Shown: positions 1 through 11,853 of the stretch, piece after piece | How the letters are laid out: every line of letters begins with the position of its first letter | Numbering within the stretch: position 1 is the stretch's first letter | Notes under the pieces: model-generated | Databases searched by the model: none | What the model saw: the letters and a program-made list of their open reading frames with translations, nothing else | Told to the model about the DNA's origin: nothing | DNA from: Cyanidioschyzon merolae | Taxonomy: Eukaryota | DNA length: 64,000 bases | NCBI GenBank assembly: GCA_000091205.1 | Contig: AP006501.2 | Reading direction: 5' to 3' (one strand) | Made by a program: the position numbers and the translations under genes

Positions 1-2980
1 AGGGAGCCCGCTGTATCCAGAATCGAACTCGAAGAGAACGAGGATATTACCGTCTGTTCTAGATGCAGAGGATTCCAGTCGCGGCCTCAGTTTCGCTCGT
101 GGAGGAGGCTCATAAGACAGCATCCACTTTGTCGAATCATCGAAGACTTTCACCCTGACTCCTGGCGACTTCCTTCTATTGGACAACGTGGCATTTGACT
201 ATTCGCTTTGCGTTCGGGCTCTTGCCTATTCTATCGGGTTTAGAGCTGCTTCTCATTCCTCGATACGCTCCGTGGCTGATTCAGATGAAAGTATCGTTTT
301 CTATTGTGAAACCTAATGAGCGCTGCACCAAGCGGATTCCCAAAGCGTTCCGCACCCGGCGACACAAAGGCGCGTGTAGTCTTTCTTCCGTCGGTCCGTC
401 TCCCGCCAGAAAGGTCCTGAAATAAGGGCATGAATAAGTGCGTCCATTTTCAAAAAAATCCAAGCGAAAGGCATGGACATGGAAGGCGAGGATCCTGGAG
501 GGCAGTCATTGGTGGATGCCGGAAAAGAACAAAAAGACTCATCAGCTCTCTGACCATCGAGCAGAGAAGAGCATATGACAACGACGACGAAGAAGAAGAG
601 GAGAGATGTGCAAGAAATGAGGTTTGCCCGTCGAGGCGACAATGAGACTGTAGTGACTCAGCGGGCATGAGTTCAAGGAATCCTCGCATTGATGAGTTCC
701 ACCTCCGGCAATACACGCATGCCGTTCAGGAACCGAAACTTCAACGCCGCCATCAATACCAGACGATTTGTCGTACAAAAGACGAGAACCGAGAAGCTGA
801 CACAAGCGAGCTTTTCGGGCAGCCTCTCAGGGTCGAGATGTACGGCGAGAAAGTGAAGTCGATAGCAGGCGGCCTTTCGCACAGGGCTGGGATGCCTTTG
901 TGAGTAGGTGTAAATATGTACGCTGTGGTGGTTGAGCATTTTTGTTTTCAACATCACGTGTAGAAGGCAGGCCTTGACAACGACTTCAAATTGATTTTTC
1001 CGATTTGAGAGTTTTGCTTTCCTGTCCTTCCTGGTCCTCTTCTCGGAGGAAGCTTTCTCTTCTCTGTCTGGTGGATTCGTTTTTTCTCCGTTACCTGGCA
1101 GGGTGGCATTGATGTGGTCGATAGTCAGTACGTCCATCGAACCGGGAAGAAGAGGCTTGCACGAACAGCCGGATCGGCACCATTCGCAGCTTTCTATACA
1201 TTGAACGTTCGTGATTGATGGAATGCGATGTTGCCCGACAACAGGACAGAAGAATTTGGGGGAGCGGAATCTTTGAAGAGTGCTTCAACCAACGATATAT
1301 TGATGTACGATCCCGTCCTTTGGGCGGTTTGTCAGCGACCACTCGATCGAATCACCACCAGGGCGAATGCTTACCTTATGCTCATTTCTTTTTTCTTTTC
1401 GAACACTGGTACATGGAGACTCCTCGAGCACCCATTTGCAGGAGTACCATTTCTCCCGAATCGGCTCTGATCGAGTGAGACAAACACATGCACTTTCTGT
1501 TGGCAGCGATCACGATTCAGGACAAAAACGACAGCAGGTGGTGTAGAATGTGCGACGATCACCCGCAGAAGCGTACTTGTACCTGTGTCCGCTCGTGTCT
1601 CTTCATAGCCAGTCGTTTGAGCGGTACAGAAACTTCACATACTGTGGCTACTTCCATAGTATTTCTCAAAAAACGGATGAAGTAGGAAGGGCTGATAAAG
1701 AGAGATTCATTGGGATGGAGTCTGGGAAGTGCTGCTATGGGTGCAGCACTTTCTGTATATGGGCGGGGTGAAGGGTGCCAGAGCCACTTGCTGAGCGTCG
1801 GATAACTGACTTGGACATGCAAGACCGTTTCACCGTATGCGACGAGCGACAGCGCCATGACATTCCTCGACTTTTAGCCAATCTGCAACATTCATTCGCT
1901 TTGCTCAATCTTCGCATGAAACACGGGCAAAACAGAAAAGGCTCGCTGGTGCAGGTATCCCAGAATTCACTGCTCTGAGTATAATGCCCTTTGACGGGTA
2001 GCAGAGCTTCTTTAGCACCGATCTTTCTGCCAGAATGAAGCGTGCAGTGAGAAAAAACTAGGGCCCACATCTCGTGCTCCTACCTGCGTATTTTTCACGC
2101 ACACAAGAACGAACAGCCTCTTAGCTCATTCTCAGTTTTCTATGCACCCAGCGCACGGACGCTTCTCGTTCTCGTATCTGAGAATGTTCGACGAATCATG
2201 ACGGGATGCGAAGTGTTTTACTAATTTATCAGTGTTTCGGCGACTCGGCTGCTGGCCAATAAGCTTCTGTCAACGTCCTAGATTGGTTGCTATTGAAGCC
2301 ATCCGAGGATAATTCCAAGCGGTGCAATGCAAGAGGGGGCACTCGAGCCGAATTCTCGCCTCAAAGAAAAAATTCTCGATTAGCTCGAATAGCCACGATT
2401 ATGCTTGAGTCTTGAGGCACGAGCTCTCATGCTGACCCATATCCTCCGTAAACTCAGGTGGAATGTATGCAGCGATTACACCAACCCACTCAAGAGCGAT
2501 CGGCAAGCTAGGGAATCGCCCCGAGTGCCGGGTGCACTCCTTTCGTGCGCTCAGCGACGCCGGATGACAAGCACTGCATAAGTCTTCCACGGAGCAAACG
2601 ATAAATAAAAGCTATCCACCGGATGTTCTCATCATCCTGTTGATTTTTGCGTGCGAACAGCAGCGTTCGACATGAGCCAGCACTCAACTGTCGAATACTG
2701 ATCCAGCACGACAGGTCAAGCATCGCGTCAAAACACCAGCCTACGAGAGCAAACGAGTTTTTCGCCACAGCGAACGGCATCCGTGGAGTCTTTGGCGTCT
2801 CATACCAGTGTCGACATCCTATCCACGTTTCCGATACGAATCATGGAAAGAGCACTCACCGGACTCGTGATGCATCGGCCGCGCGAATCGCTCCCCATGG
2901 AAAAATTGGTAATTGTTCCCGGGCTTGACGCTCCGCTGCTCTCCAATTGGAGCATTCTCCATAGCTAACGCATCGAACAC

Positions 2981-4075
2981 TTATGCTTCATCCTCATCTA
3001 CACCAGATTCGAGTTCCAGCTCCTCGTCTGCCAGAGACTGATGAACAGGTCTGGGGGCTTTGGCAGCGCTTCGTGCGCGCTGTTTTCGTCGCGTTCGCTT
3101 CCGCCCGCCGCGTCCACGTCGTTTTTCCCACGGGCGGGGAACCGCAACCGGCCGCAAGTAATCATACAACAGAGGTGTCGTGTTCGATGCCTCTGTTGTA
3201 TGCCACGCGGCGCAACGTGCTTCTTTGCGCCACAGGTCGAGGAGCTCCGCGTGTGCCCGAGCACCCATTTCACCCCTGCGATCCGTTGTTGTGCTCTCAA
3301 AAAGATCGACCCGAGCCATGAGTGCGATGCTGTTCGCTATTTTTCGGGCAATGCACCGAATGCGCCGTACGTTTGTTTCCGATCCGACCGCACCTGCGTT
3401 TTCTAAACCTGCAAGAATCTCACGGAGAAGGCTGCATTGAAAAATGGCCCCCCGTAGACACCGGGGGCCATAGAAAACGTACGTATCCCGCGCTCCGATG
3501 AGGCGCAACTGATCGGAAGGAAGTTTGGCCAAGGCCTCGAGGCCGCCGCACTCTGCGAGCACTCGCACCGCAAAGTTCTTCCCCGTCAGTGCGCACAAGT
3601 TGGGCGCCACAAACTCCACTTGGTCAAGTAATCGCATCATGAGCTCTTTCTCTTCCATCAAAAAACGCTTACTTCTCTGAATCAGTCTTGCAACTTGCTC
3701 CCAATCAGTCAGTGGCGGACCCAGTCTCCGGAGCAGCAGTGCAAGCCCCATGCTGACCTCTGGCGGCCACGAGCGCTCGCCAAGCACCGCTATGTCGATT
3801 GGTGGCGAACGGTTACCCAGAGCCTCAACGATTTCGAGTCCAAAAACTGGATCGCTCGTCAGTGTTCCCAAGCCCGGTAAGCGTTGTTCATAGGCGGCAA
3901 GCACTTGTCGACAGATCTCGCAAAGCCGGGAGTGCGTCTCCCGCACCGCTGCAGCGTTCCTCTCGAACGTTCTTTTCGTTTCCGAAAGCGTTTCCGCAGA
4001 AAACTTTACATCCTTAACAACTTTTTGGGAATCTTGGCTGGTTAAAAGCGTCCTGGCAGAAACGCCAGTGCTCAT
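2981..4075 (-). CDS. PRP31: U4/U6 snRNP protein PRP31 (Nop domain)
   Basis: The translation matches PRP31 in three blocks. '...EICRQVLAAYEQRLPGLGTLTSDPVFGLEIVEALGN' resembles the NOSIC block. 'FVAPNLCALTGKNFAVRVLAECGGLEALAKLPSDQLRLIGA' resembles the Nop-domain core (human '[41 protein letters not shown]'). 'ARVDLFES ... EKRRGRGGRKRTRRKQR' resembles human 'AARVDSFHES ... GQRKKRGGRRYRK'. The track ORF begins at a GTG, so I take the first in-frame ATG at 4073-4075. Confidence 0.75.
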   Translation of the reverse strand: MSTGVSARTLLTSQDSQKVVKDVKFSAETLSETKRTFERNAAAVRETHSRLCEICRQVLAAYEQRLPGLGTLTSDPVFGLEIVEALGNRSPPIDIAVLGERSWPPEVSMGLALLLRRLGPPLTDWEQVARLIQRSKRFLMEEKELMMRLLDQVEFVAPNLCALTGKNFAVRVLAECGGLEALAKLPSDQLRLIGARDTYVFYGPRCLRGAIFQCSLLREILAGLENAGAVGSETNVRRIRCIARKIANSIALMARVDLFESTTTDRRGEMGARAHAELLDLWRKEARCAAWHTTEASNTTPLLYDYLRPVAVPRPWEKRRGRGGRKRTRRKQRARSAAKAPRPVHQSLADEELELESGVDEDEA

Positions 4076-4306
4076 CAAACCCGAAAAGAGGCGACTGCAA
4101 CTGCGGTATTTGTCGTAGGAACGGCAACGCGTTCCGACGCGTGCGTTGCACTGCGGCTCCAGCACAAACCTTCTTGTTGACGCGTATTACGTAGCACCAC
4201 AGCGTTCTGACCTCGCCTCACGAGATTTTTACAGACTTGTTCGGTCGCAGTGGTAAGCCAAGACAGAGAAAACGGCACAGGCTTCGGGTGGACCGGGCAG
4301 AAGCCG

Positions 4307-5809
4307 ATGGTTTCCGCAGGCCCCCCTCAGCGAGCCTCAACGGGTGGCGGCGGCGGCTCCGGCGGTGGCAGCAGCAGCAGCAGCGAGGACTCAATGAAAC
4401 CTGCTGAGCTACCGGACCTTGCAGTTTGGCAGCCGATTTCACTGGTGCCTGCTCGCTTACGAAGTTCACGCCACAGCGTCTGGGACGCGAACGCGCTCGA
4501 AGACACGGTGTCGACGCTCGATGACCCCTGGTCGTTGCTCTCTGCAGCTTCGAAGCTTTTGGTGGAAAAAAGTCAGGGCAAGCGCCCGGAATCTGAGCAA
4601 GGCGCTCTCTACTCGCAGCGAGACGCAGACATAAGCGCTTTGGCTCCTGTGAAAGGTCTCCCACTTGAGTGGCTTCCGCAGCAGAGCCTTCGGAGCTTTG
4701 GCCTGCGAAACCTCGGAAACACCTGTTATGCCAATGCCGTTATCCAGGCGCTGCTGCATACGCCACCGTTGGTGCTGAAAGCGCTCTCCGATGGATGCGC
4801 CAGCGCCACTCCGCATACAGGCTTTTTCGATGCTATGGCAGCCTTCGTGCGTCTCTGCCGACAGCTGCTCGTTGTACGTCCCTCCGGAACGAATGCAGTT
4901 GCCCCGACGGAAATCATCCGCAACTTACCCGCAATCTGTCGAAGGTATCGAGTCGGACGGCAAGAAGATGCCCATGAGTTTCTCCGATTTCTCTTGGAGA
5001 GCATAGCGAGAAGCTGTAGTCGAAGGGGTGAGCGTCGTCTCCCTTCACAACAGGTCTCCAGTGATGAGCTGGTTGCTTCCGATTGTAATCATGGGACAGG
5101 TTGGATTACCCGCATTTTCGGAGGCCTACTCCGCAGTCGTGTCATATGTCGAACATGTCAGCACAAATCGTATCGAACTGAGCGGTTTTTGGACCTCAGT
5201 CTAGATTTTCGGCAGTCGGCCTCGATCTCCAAGTGCCTCGAACATTTCGCAGCGACGGAGTTGCTCGCAGGCCGAAATCGCTATGACTGTGCGGCATGCC
5301 ACGGTTACAGCGATGCGGAGAAGCAAATCCGCATTCGACAGGCTCCTGTTGTGCTCACGCTGCATCTGAAGCGCTTCCACGCGCTTCGAAAACTCTCTGG
5401 TGTTGTGCGCTTCTCCGAGTGGCTCGATCTGCGACCCTATATGGCTGAGGAGTTTGTGGCAGGCCCTGTGATGTATCGACTGTTTGCAGTGATCGTACAC
5501 GAGGGCCATTCGCTGTCCAGTGGCCACTACTATGCATTTGTTCGGAGTGCCAGTGGTGCCTGGTTGCGATGTGACGATGAGCACCTGTCACGAGTCGGTA
5601 TAGGCTCGGTTTTCGCGCAACAGGCGTACTTGCTGTTTTACTTACGCGTGGATGCTGTACCGGGCGAAAGCGCTATTGAGACTTCGGAGGTATCGACCGC
5701 AACATCTGAACCTGATACCAAAATCTCAGGTGGGGTTTCGACGGCCCCTGATTTCCAGGCGAGGCAAAGCAAAAAACCGCGATCAGAAGTGAAACGATTC
5801 GAGTCGTGA
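4307..5809 (+). CDS. ubiquitin carboxyl-terminal hydrolase (USP/UBP family, peptidase C19)
   Basis: The Cys box 'GLRNLGNTCYANAVIQAL' and the His box 'GHYYAFVRSASGAWLRCDDEHLSRV' are both present, with 'LHLKRF' between them. The N-terminus is Gly/Ser-rich and encoded by (GGC)n(AGC)n at 4330-4385. The track start is GTG; the first ATG is at 4307. Confidence 0.8.
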   Translation: MVSAGPPQRASTGGGGGSGGGSSSSSEDSMKPAELPDLAVWQPISLVPARLRSSRHSVWDANALEDTVSTLDDPWSLLSAASKLLVEKSQGKRPESEQGALYSQRDADISALAPVKGLPLEWLPQQSLRSFGLRNLGNTCYANAVIQALLHTPPLVLKALSDGCASATPHTGFFDAMAAFVRLCRQLLVVRPSGTNAVAPTEIIRNLPAICRRYRVGRQEDAHEFLRFLLESIARSCSRRGERRLPSQQVSSDELVASDCNHGTGWITRIFGGLLRSRVICRTCQHKSYRTERFLDLSLDFRQSASISKCLEHFAATELLAGRNRYDCAACHGYSDAEKQIRIRQAPVVLTLHLKRFHALRKLSGVVRFSEWLDLRPYMAEEFVAGPVMYRLFAVIVHEGHSLSSGHYYAFVRSASGAWLRCDDEHLSRVGIGSVFAQQAYLLFYLRVDAVPGESAIETSEVSTATSEPDTKISGGVSTAPDFQARQSKKPRSEVKRFES

Positions 5810-8800
5810 GTGTGTGTAGGCGTGCATCACACAGCGACTTGGAGAACTGTCTGGATTTGGTACGCGAGTCTAGCCGCAGTGACACCAATACTAGGTGATA
5901 ATCTAAATAGGTTGTACCTGACGGTGCATCTAGAACGCCATTTACAGCTTCCGAGACGTCCGTACTAGATGAATTTCCGGTATGGTTATAGATGAAGGCA
6001 CATTTTGTAAGCACTTTTTTCCGCCAAGATATCCGGAACAGGCTGCGCTCCTGTAAAGTTCCAGTTGTCGATATATTGGCGTTTTCAGCGAACCGCCTCG
6101 CGAGACCTGCGCGATTTCCTTTGAAGACTTGTGTTGAAGTGTATCGCTATGGCACGGTACCGCTCTGAACTCCGGACCGTCCTCCGGATTGCTCACGAGC
6201 GTGTCAGTTCAGGTTCATTCGCAAGTCATTGCGAGCTTCTGCGCTCCTCGAGCGACCTCTACTGAAACAGGTCTGTTTCCATTCCGTGCAACCGCCAGTG
6301 CCGATGACGAATCGCCTCTGGCTGTGGGTGCGGATCTCTTGAGCGATGCTCTACTCATTGGTCAGAGCCCGGTGTTCAAGGACTCGCAGCATTTGACCCG
6401 GATCCAACGCACCAGAAAGCGGAGGTAGAGCTAGGTTTTTTACCAGTCTCTATGTAGACGCAGCTTATAGTTTGCATTAGGCGCTTTGCTGACAGCCAGT
6501 TCCCGTTGCGCGCCAAGTGGTGCTGGATCCGATGCCATCTCGACGAGACTCGCGTAGCCTATGCAGCTGAGTCGATGAACTATGAATTGCCCGACGCTGA
6601 GCTGCTAAATACTATAAATAGATGTCTTTGCTCCTTGACGCTAGCATCTTGCATTTCATGGTCAATACGAGCACGAAATCGATTGCTGCCCCTGAGAGTC
6701 ATACGGACCCACGTGCAGCATCTGGTACATATGAAATCCTCTGGAAAAAGCCTTTTCCTGGGATATCTGGGGAGCATGGACATCCTTCCCAGCTGCTCAG
6801 CGGGGAATGGTAGGCACGTGCATTGCACCAGCACTTTCGCACTCAATGCCGCGACAAATTCGGGATACGAAAAGTGGCACGCGCCCGACGCATACATCAC
6901 GAAAGGCTCTTGAGTGTAGCCCTCGTTCCATATCAGATTCAGATGGATCACTGAGGTGCTCGCGCTGTTCCCCAATGTCGACTCTTTTCAGAACTTTTTG
7001 GTGATGTACAGCCTACATTTTCGAAATGGATCAATAGGGGCTCACGAATTCATACGTATTTCTGGAATGCTCGGTCGCCGTTTTGGAGTGACTCTTTCGA
7101 CGCGTTGCTGCTGGTATTAGTTGCTTCGCCATCATCAGGGCGATTCACGATGCTTTCGAACTAGGGTAAGAAACGTAATCGATATTATGATCCAGTTCAC
7201 ACCTGGGAGCTTCCACGCTTCCGCGTTGCATTCGTGCTGTATACCCAAATGACGTACTCTTCACGTTTGCGATCATTCTGTTTCAAGCGAACTTGTGGGC
7301 GCACAAATTGCAATACTGGATATTCGAGCAAGCAGAATACTCGACGTCGTCCTTTGACGATTCCCTCACGTGCTCGTTTCAGAACAACACGGAGCGTCTT
7401 ATTTCAAACAATCGTTTCGGGTGCAAACCCAAATTCTTCTCTGCTTGGGGCCATCGACGAAACCGCATTCCACAGCACAACGATACCTCTGCAAGTACAT
7501 GCCCTCAATGGCTCACATCGTTTCCCTTTGAATGGGACAAGGTCTTGGACTTTTACTTCAGTCATCGCAGGGATCGTTTCCAGCGGAGTATGCGTAAACG
7601 CCGTACGCGAACGGCGCACAGACTGATCGAAGTCTCTCGAGTTCTTCTTTAGACTGGATTTCGCCTGCAGTACTTGTTTCATCATGGACCAGCACCCTCT
7701 CATGGAGCAGCACGCGCTTGCACGTCCAGAGTACAGGGTACTCGCGAACAAGTCGGCCAGAGCAAGCTCGTGATTGCAGGTTACAGCATCCAGCGGGAAA
7801 ACGGAGGTGCATCGGAGAGACACGTTTTGTATCCGTCGACGGATTGTGCCGAGCGATGGAGAAAGCGTTCATCGGTCATGGAGCGCCCCACGAAGGTTGA
7901 GATACGATGGAAATATGGGAACACATGAGCGCTACAAAGAGCACACCGAAGCTGTATGCAAGGGACATGAAAATGGCAGGCGAACCCCGTAAGTCGTTAT
8001 GGCAACCCTGGCATGAAATGCTTACAAAACAGCCGGGAGCGTCGGAATAAAAAACTTTAACGCTGCGATGAACATCACTTGACTGCTAATACTAGTAAAG
8101 AGAGGGAACTGAGTCACCAATGTATTTAGAGCCGAAAATAAAAGAGAGTGAACGGCACTAATCACAGAAATCGTCCACAAATGCTTGTGTTGATATTCCA
8201 CAAAAGAAGAAATTCAAACTTCGAATGTACACCCAAGTTATATAAATAGACACGCTCCATTGTATCCCGATATGGCCGTATCCTCGGGTTGTGCACAGCA
8301 TAGAGCGCGCCACAAAATTTCATCCCGCATGGAACACTGTCCAGCGACTGTGCCTGCTACCTGCTCACCCGGGGCATCGGAGCTGTATACCATCGGACGC
8401 CCCATGAGATGAAGCGTCTGCAGCGCCAGTCGACGGATGCGTGCCACCACGAGCATGGATGCACAAAAGTTCAATACGATCTATTTATGTACATTTTGGA
8501 TCGAAATGGTTCTGCGCGGAGATACACGCACTGGCGCTTCTATCTCGGCAGCTACGGCCACGCGTCCGTGCCATCGCGAGCGCGCGGCTCTCGGCAGGCT
8601 GGACGTGAAATAGCTCAAATTTACGCCTTATCGAGTAGTTGTCCTTGCGTAGTCTCTGCTCCACAACCTATCTGACGCATGGCAAACGAAGACAAACCGG
8701 GAGCAACCCAAGAAACTGGAAGAACTAGTCGACTGCAGGATATGGCCGAGCGGTTCATGGCGGCGGGTGTCGGTACGTCGAGAGCCGGTTTCGACTTCGC

Positions 8801-10830
8801 ACCGGAGGCAAACGAGACGAGCCCCGAGGGCGGGGTCCCGATCCCTGGGGCCGGTTCGCCACCTCGAAGTAGCAGTCCCATGGCTCGCTCACCCTCGCAA
8901 GATATCTGGAAACGCACCTTTCATCCTGGCGGTCGCTCGCCACCAGATCGCAGTCTTTTCGACAGTGCAAGAGAGCACGTCGAAGGCGCGGCTAGCGGTC
9001 AGAGTGTAAGTGAGATATACGCCCAGAAACGCAACCAATATTATGTTGCGCCTCGAAAGGACTGAAGATTTTCTGGTGGCCTTGGAAGCGTCTGAGAACG
9101 AATTGGGCGAAAACTCCTGGTGCGGCGAAACACGCGTCCGAACTAGGAAGCACCTAGTCTGGTGTCTACCGTGCGCGTCGATAGTGTCGATGCTTTAGCA
9201 ACTTGCCGAGAGTCATGTTTTCATGACTTGCGTAAAGGGCTCTTTAGTGTTTTGGAAATGGACTCCTGATATGCCTTCTCGAACTGATGTCGTACCGATC
9301 CGAACTCGGAGCGGGACTTGCCGCGCGGTTGTTCGGCTCGCACGACTCCCCGCAAAGCGCGACGCATGGCGTGCAGGCTGCACTGTTAGCGTACCTGCGC
9401 GCTCACGTAGCGAGTCTTGAGGCCCTGTGGACGAGACACGGGTTCAAATACAGGATACATAGATTCGAAGCGAGCCTCCGATCCACTTGAAGCGTCATCT
9501 CAATGCGAGCAACCCTTTCGACACAAGATTCCAGGATACAGCTGGTCTGCTGCGCACATGACCAGAGCCACGGCGAGCGTCATGACTGCCACCTTGAGGT
9601 AGCGCAGCGTGTTTCTCACGAACGACCTCGGCCATGAGCCGCAGGTCACCAAGTCCACACTGGATATGCTCGCCGTAGCGACACGTGTGACGAATGCCGG
9701 CTCCCGCTGCCGTCAGCGGCGATAGCAGCTCTCGATATTCACGGAGCGTGAGATTGGTGTGCATGCATCAGCAGTTTCCCATAATGTATGGATAAAAGAC
9801 TCGTTTGCTCGTCATTCACGGCTGGTGTCCTTGTGGCAAATTCCGCGTTGTGACCGTTTTGCCCATATAGGCGCATCCAGAGACCGCTCGCGACGCATAT
9901 ATCTAGTCGAGGTACCGTCCAGCCTAAATATTGCAACATGCAGATCACACTTATGTATTTCACACGTGGAAGCATTTTTTGCTCCAGTAACCACACAAGT
10001 GGAGATGGATCCTGGCTTCCACCGCGTATCGTTCCCATGTTACGAATGCAAGCGGATATTGGAGACAGAGCGTAGCGGCTGACACAAAGAGCGATTGGCG
10101 GAGCAAAGGGTAACTCTACCTCGACATTTGCAAGCACGCATGACCAGCATATTGGCAACAAGACTTCCGTGTGCGGCCTCGCAAGCGATACTGGTGTGGC
10201 TTTTCTACGTGGAACCCCACCGTGAAGTGCACTAATCATGCGGGCACGATGCGCAACCACGACGCTTCTAGTGTACGCTTGGGTGCGTTTCTCGAACGGA
10301 TGACCTTAAGGTGCCACTGGGGCAAGCTCTTCTACGCCCATTGCCAGTGAGGATTCCCCCTTACCATGAGAGGCGCGCCCTTGAGGGCCAGCACCTTTAC
10401 CCATGTACGAGTATTCTCCTCTGCCAGATTTTTGAGCCTTCCAGCATCTCGTCGAACTGAGCTGGAGTGATTGGCCAGATACTGGCCTGTAGAACGCTCA
10501 CGAACACAACGTGGGCCGGGTTCACGGCAAGAATGGAGCTCACTGGGGATGATTTCGCGCACGTCGCTTCTCCAGGACAACAACGTGCTTTGGAATGATA
10601 CGCTTTGCATTCAGGGACTGGTCTAGACTTGTACTCCATTCGAGCCGATGAGGCCAATCTCCCCTGAGCGAAACAGTGACGCCATAATTTCGGAGCATGC
10701 GCAAAGAAGCAGCGTAGGAAATGGGTCCAATGCTCATTCATGGACTGAAAGGAGCATCATTCCCGCCGAATCCAACGCATATGTGTGCTCTCCTAAATCG
10801 ATACTTGAGGCCGCTACAAACGCTTACCTG

Positions 10831-11240
10831 CTTGTTGTTGACCGGGAATTTCTCTGAAGCGCGGAGCTTCCGATGGCGATTGTGAATCCCTGTGCCGATC
10901 CATACTGCCGTACTTGTTGTTGACCGAGAATTTCTCTGAAGCGGGGAGCTTCCGATGGCGATTGTGAATCCCTGTCCCGATCCATACTGCCATACTTGTT
11001 GTTGACCGAGAATTTCTCTGAAGCGCGGAGCTTCCGATGGCGATTGTGAATCCCTGTCCCGATCCATACTGCCATACTTGTTGTTGACCGAGAATTTCTC
11101 TGAAGCGGGGAGCTTCCGATGGCGATTGTGAATCCCTGTCCCGATCCATACTGCCATACTTGTTGTTGACCGAGAATTTCTCTGAAGCGGGGAGCTTCCG
11201 ATGGCGATTGTGAATCCCTGTCCCGATCCATACGTCCGTT
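10831..11240. repeat. 82-bp minisatellite, about 5 tandem copies
   Basis: The unit 'cttgttgttgaccgagaatttctctgaagcgSggagcttccgatggcgattgtgaatccctgtSccgatccatactgccRta' recurs at 10831, 10913, 10995, 11077 and 11159, an exact 82-bp spacing, with a few substitutions. 82 is not a multiple of 3, so the array is non-coding. It lies about 600 bp upstream of the transporter gene. Confidence 0.9.
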
Positions 11241-11853
11241 ATGCGTCCACGCTCGGCGCATGCGATGACTCGTCGGCAAGAGGCCTTGTCAAGCTACATC
11301 GGGCACGTGAATCGATCCGTCGTTCGCCAAGACACCCAAACACTCCACCAGACCTATGAGCGAGGGTCAAGCACAGCGGACCTTCTCCGGACCCACTCGT
11401 GAACTTCAGGGCAATTGCCTTGCTTCGTTTTCGTACTCCTGGGGCGAGCGACTCGCATGCAGTCTATGTTTGATAGCGGGATCACCAACCCCTGCACATT
11501 AGGCGCGCACGACAAGCTCGGCTCTCGTTGGAACACACAAAATCACAATAATTTCTGGGGAGCAGTATGTCTGGCATCAGGTGAAACTCGTACCTAGAGC
11601 GGTGAATCATGGATGCGCTGCGGTATGCAGATACCAATCCCGGAATCGGGGATCTCTTGTCAGTGGCATCGGTCTGTTGATCGAAAAAAAAAACTGAACC
11701 TCCACGAAATCGAGTTCAACGCGGCGCCAAATCATTCAACGTCGTTTCTCTGCAACAGCACGCAACTACGGTACTGTTTCCAAGCAAGCCGGGGTCTGCT
11801 CTTGCCCCGCACTGCCGCCGCTGGAAAGAACTGCTTGTGTACCTGTTTCACCA

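Noticed and set aside
1-75. Minus-strand 'gagttcgattc' resembling a tRNA T-psi-C arm at the window edge.
   Set aside because: The flanking bases cannot form the T-stem (tcgag versus ctgga). No D-arm or anticodon arm is recognisable, and the window boundary truncates it.
2981-3040. PRP31 C-terminal tail 'SLADEELELESGVDEDEA' resembling the N-terminus of human PRP31 ('MSLADELLADLEE ...').
   Set aside because: It is a short acidic low-complexity match. The chance similarity carries no structural implication.
8679-9065. 128-aa low-complexity ORF 'MANEDKPGATQETGRTSRLQDMAERF ...' in the gene-poor interval.
   Set aside because: It has no recognisable domain and is Pro/Ser/Gly-rich. It is possibly a real small gene, but I cannot support it from sequence alone.
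10738-11279. Overlapping minus-strand ORFs (139-151 aa) with repeated 'MDRDRDSQSPSEAPRFREILGQQQ ...' peptides.
   Set aside because: They are generated by the 82-bp tandem repeat. The period is not a multiple of 3, so the frame rotates between copies. The array is non-coding.
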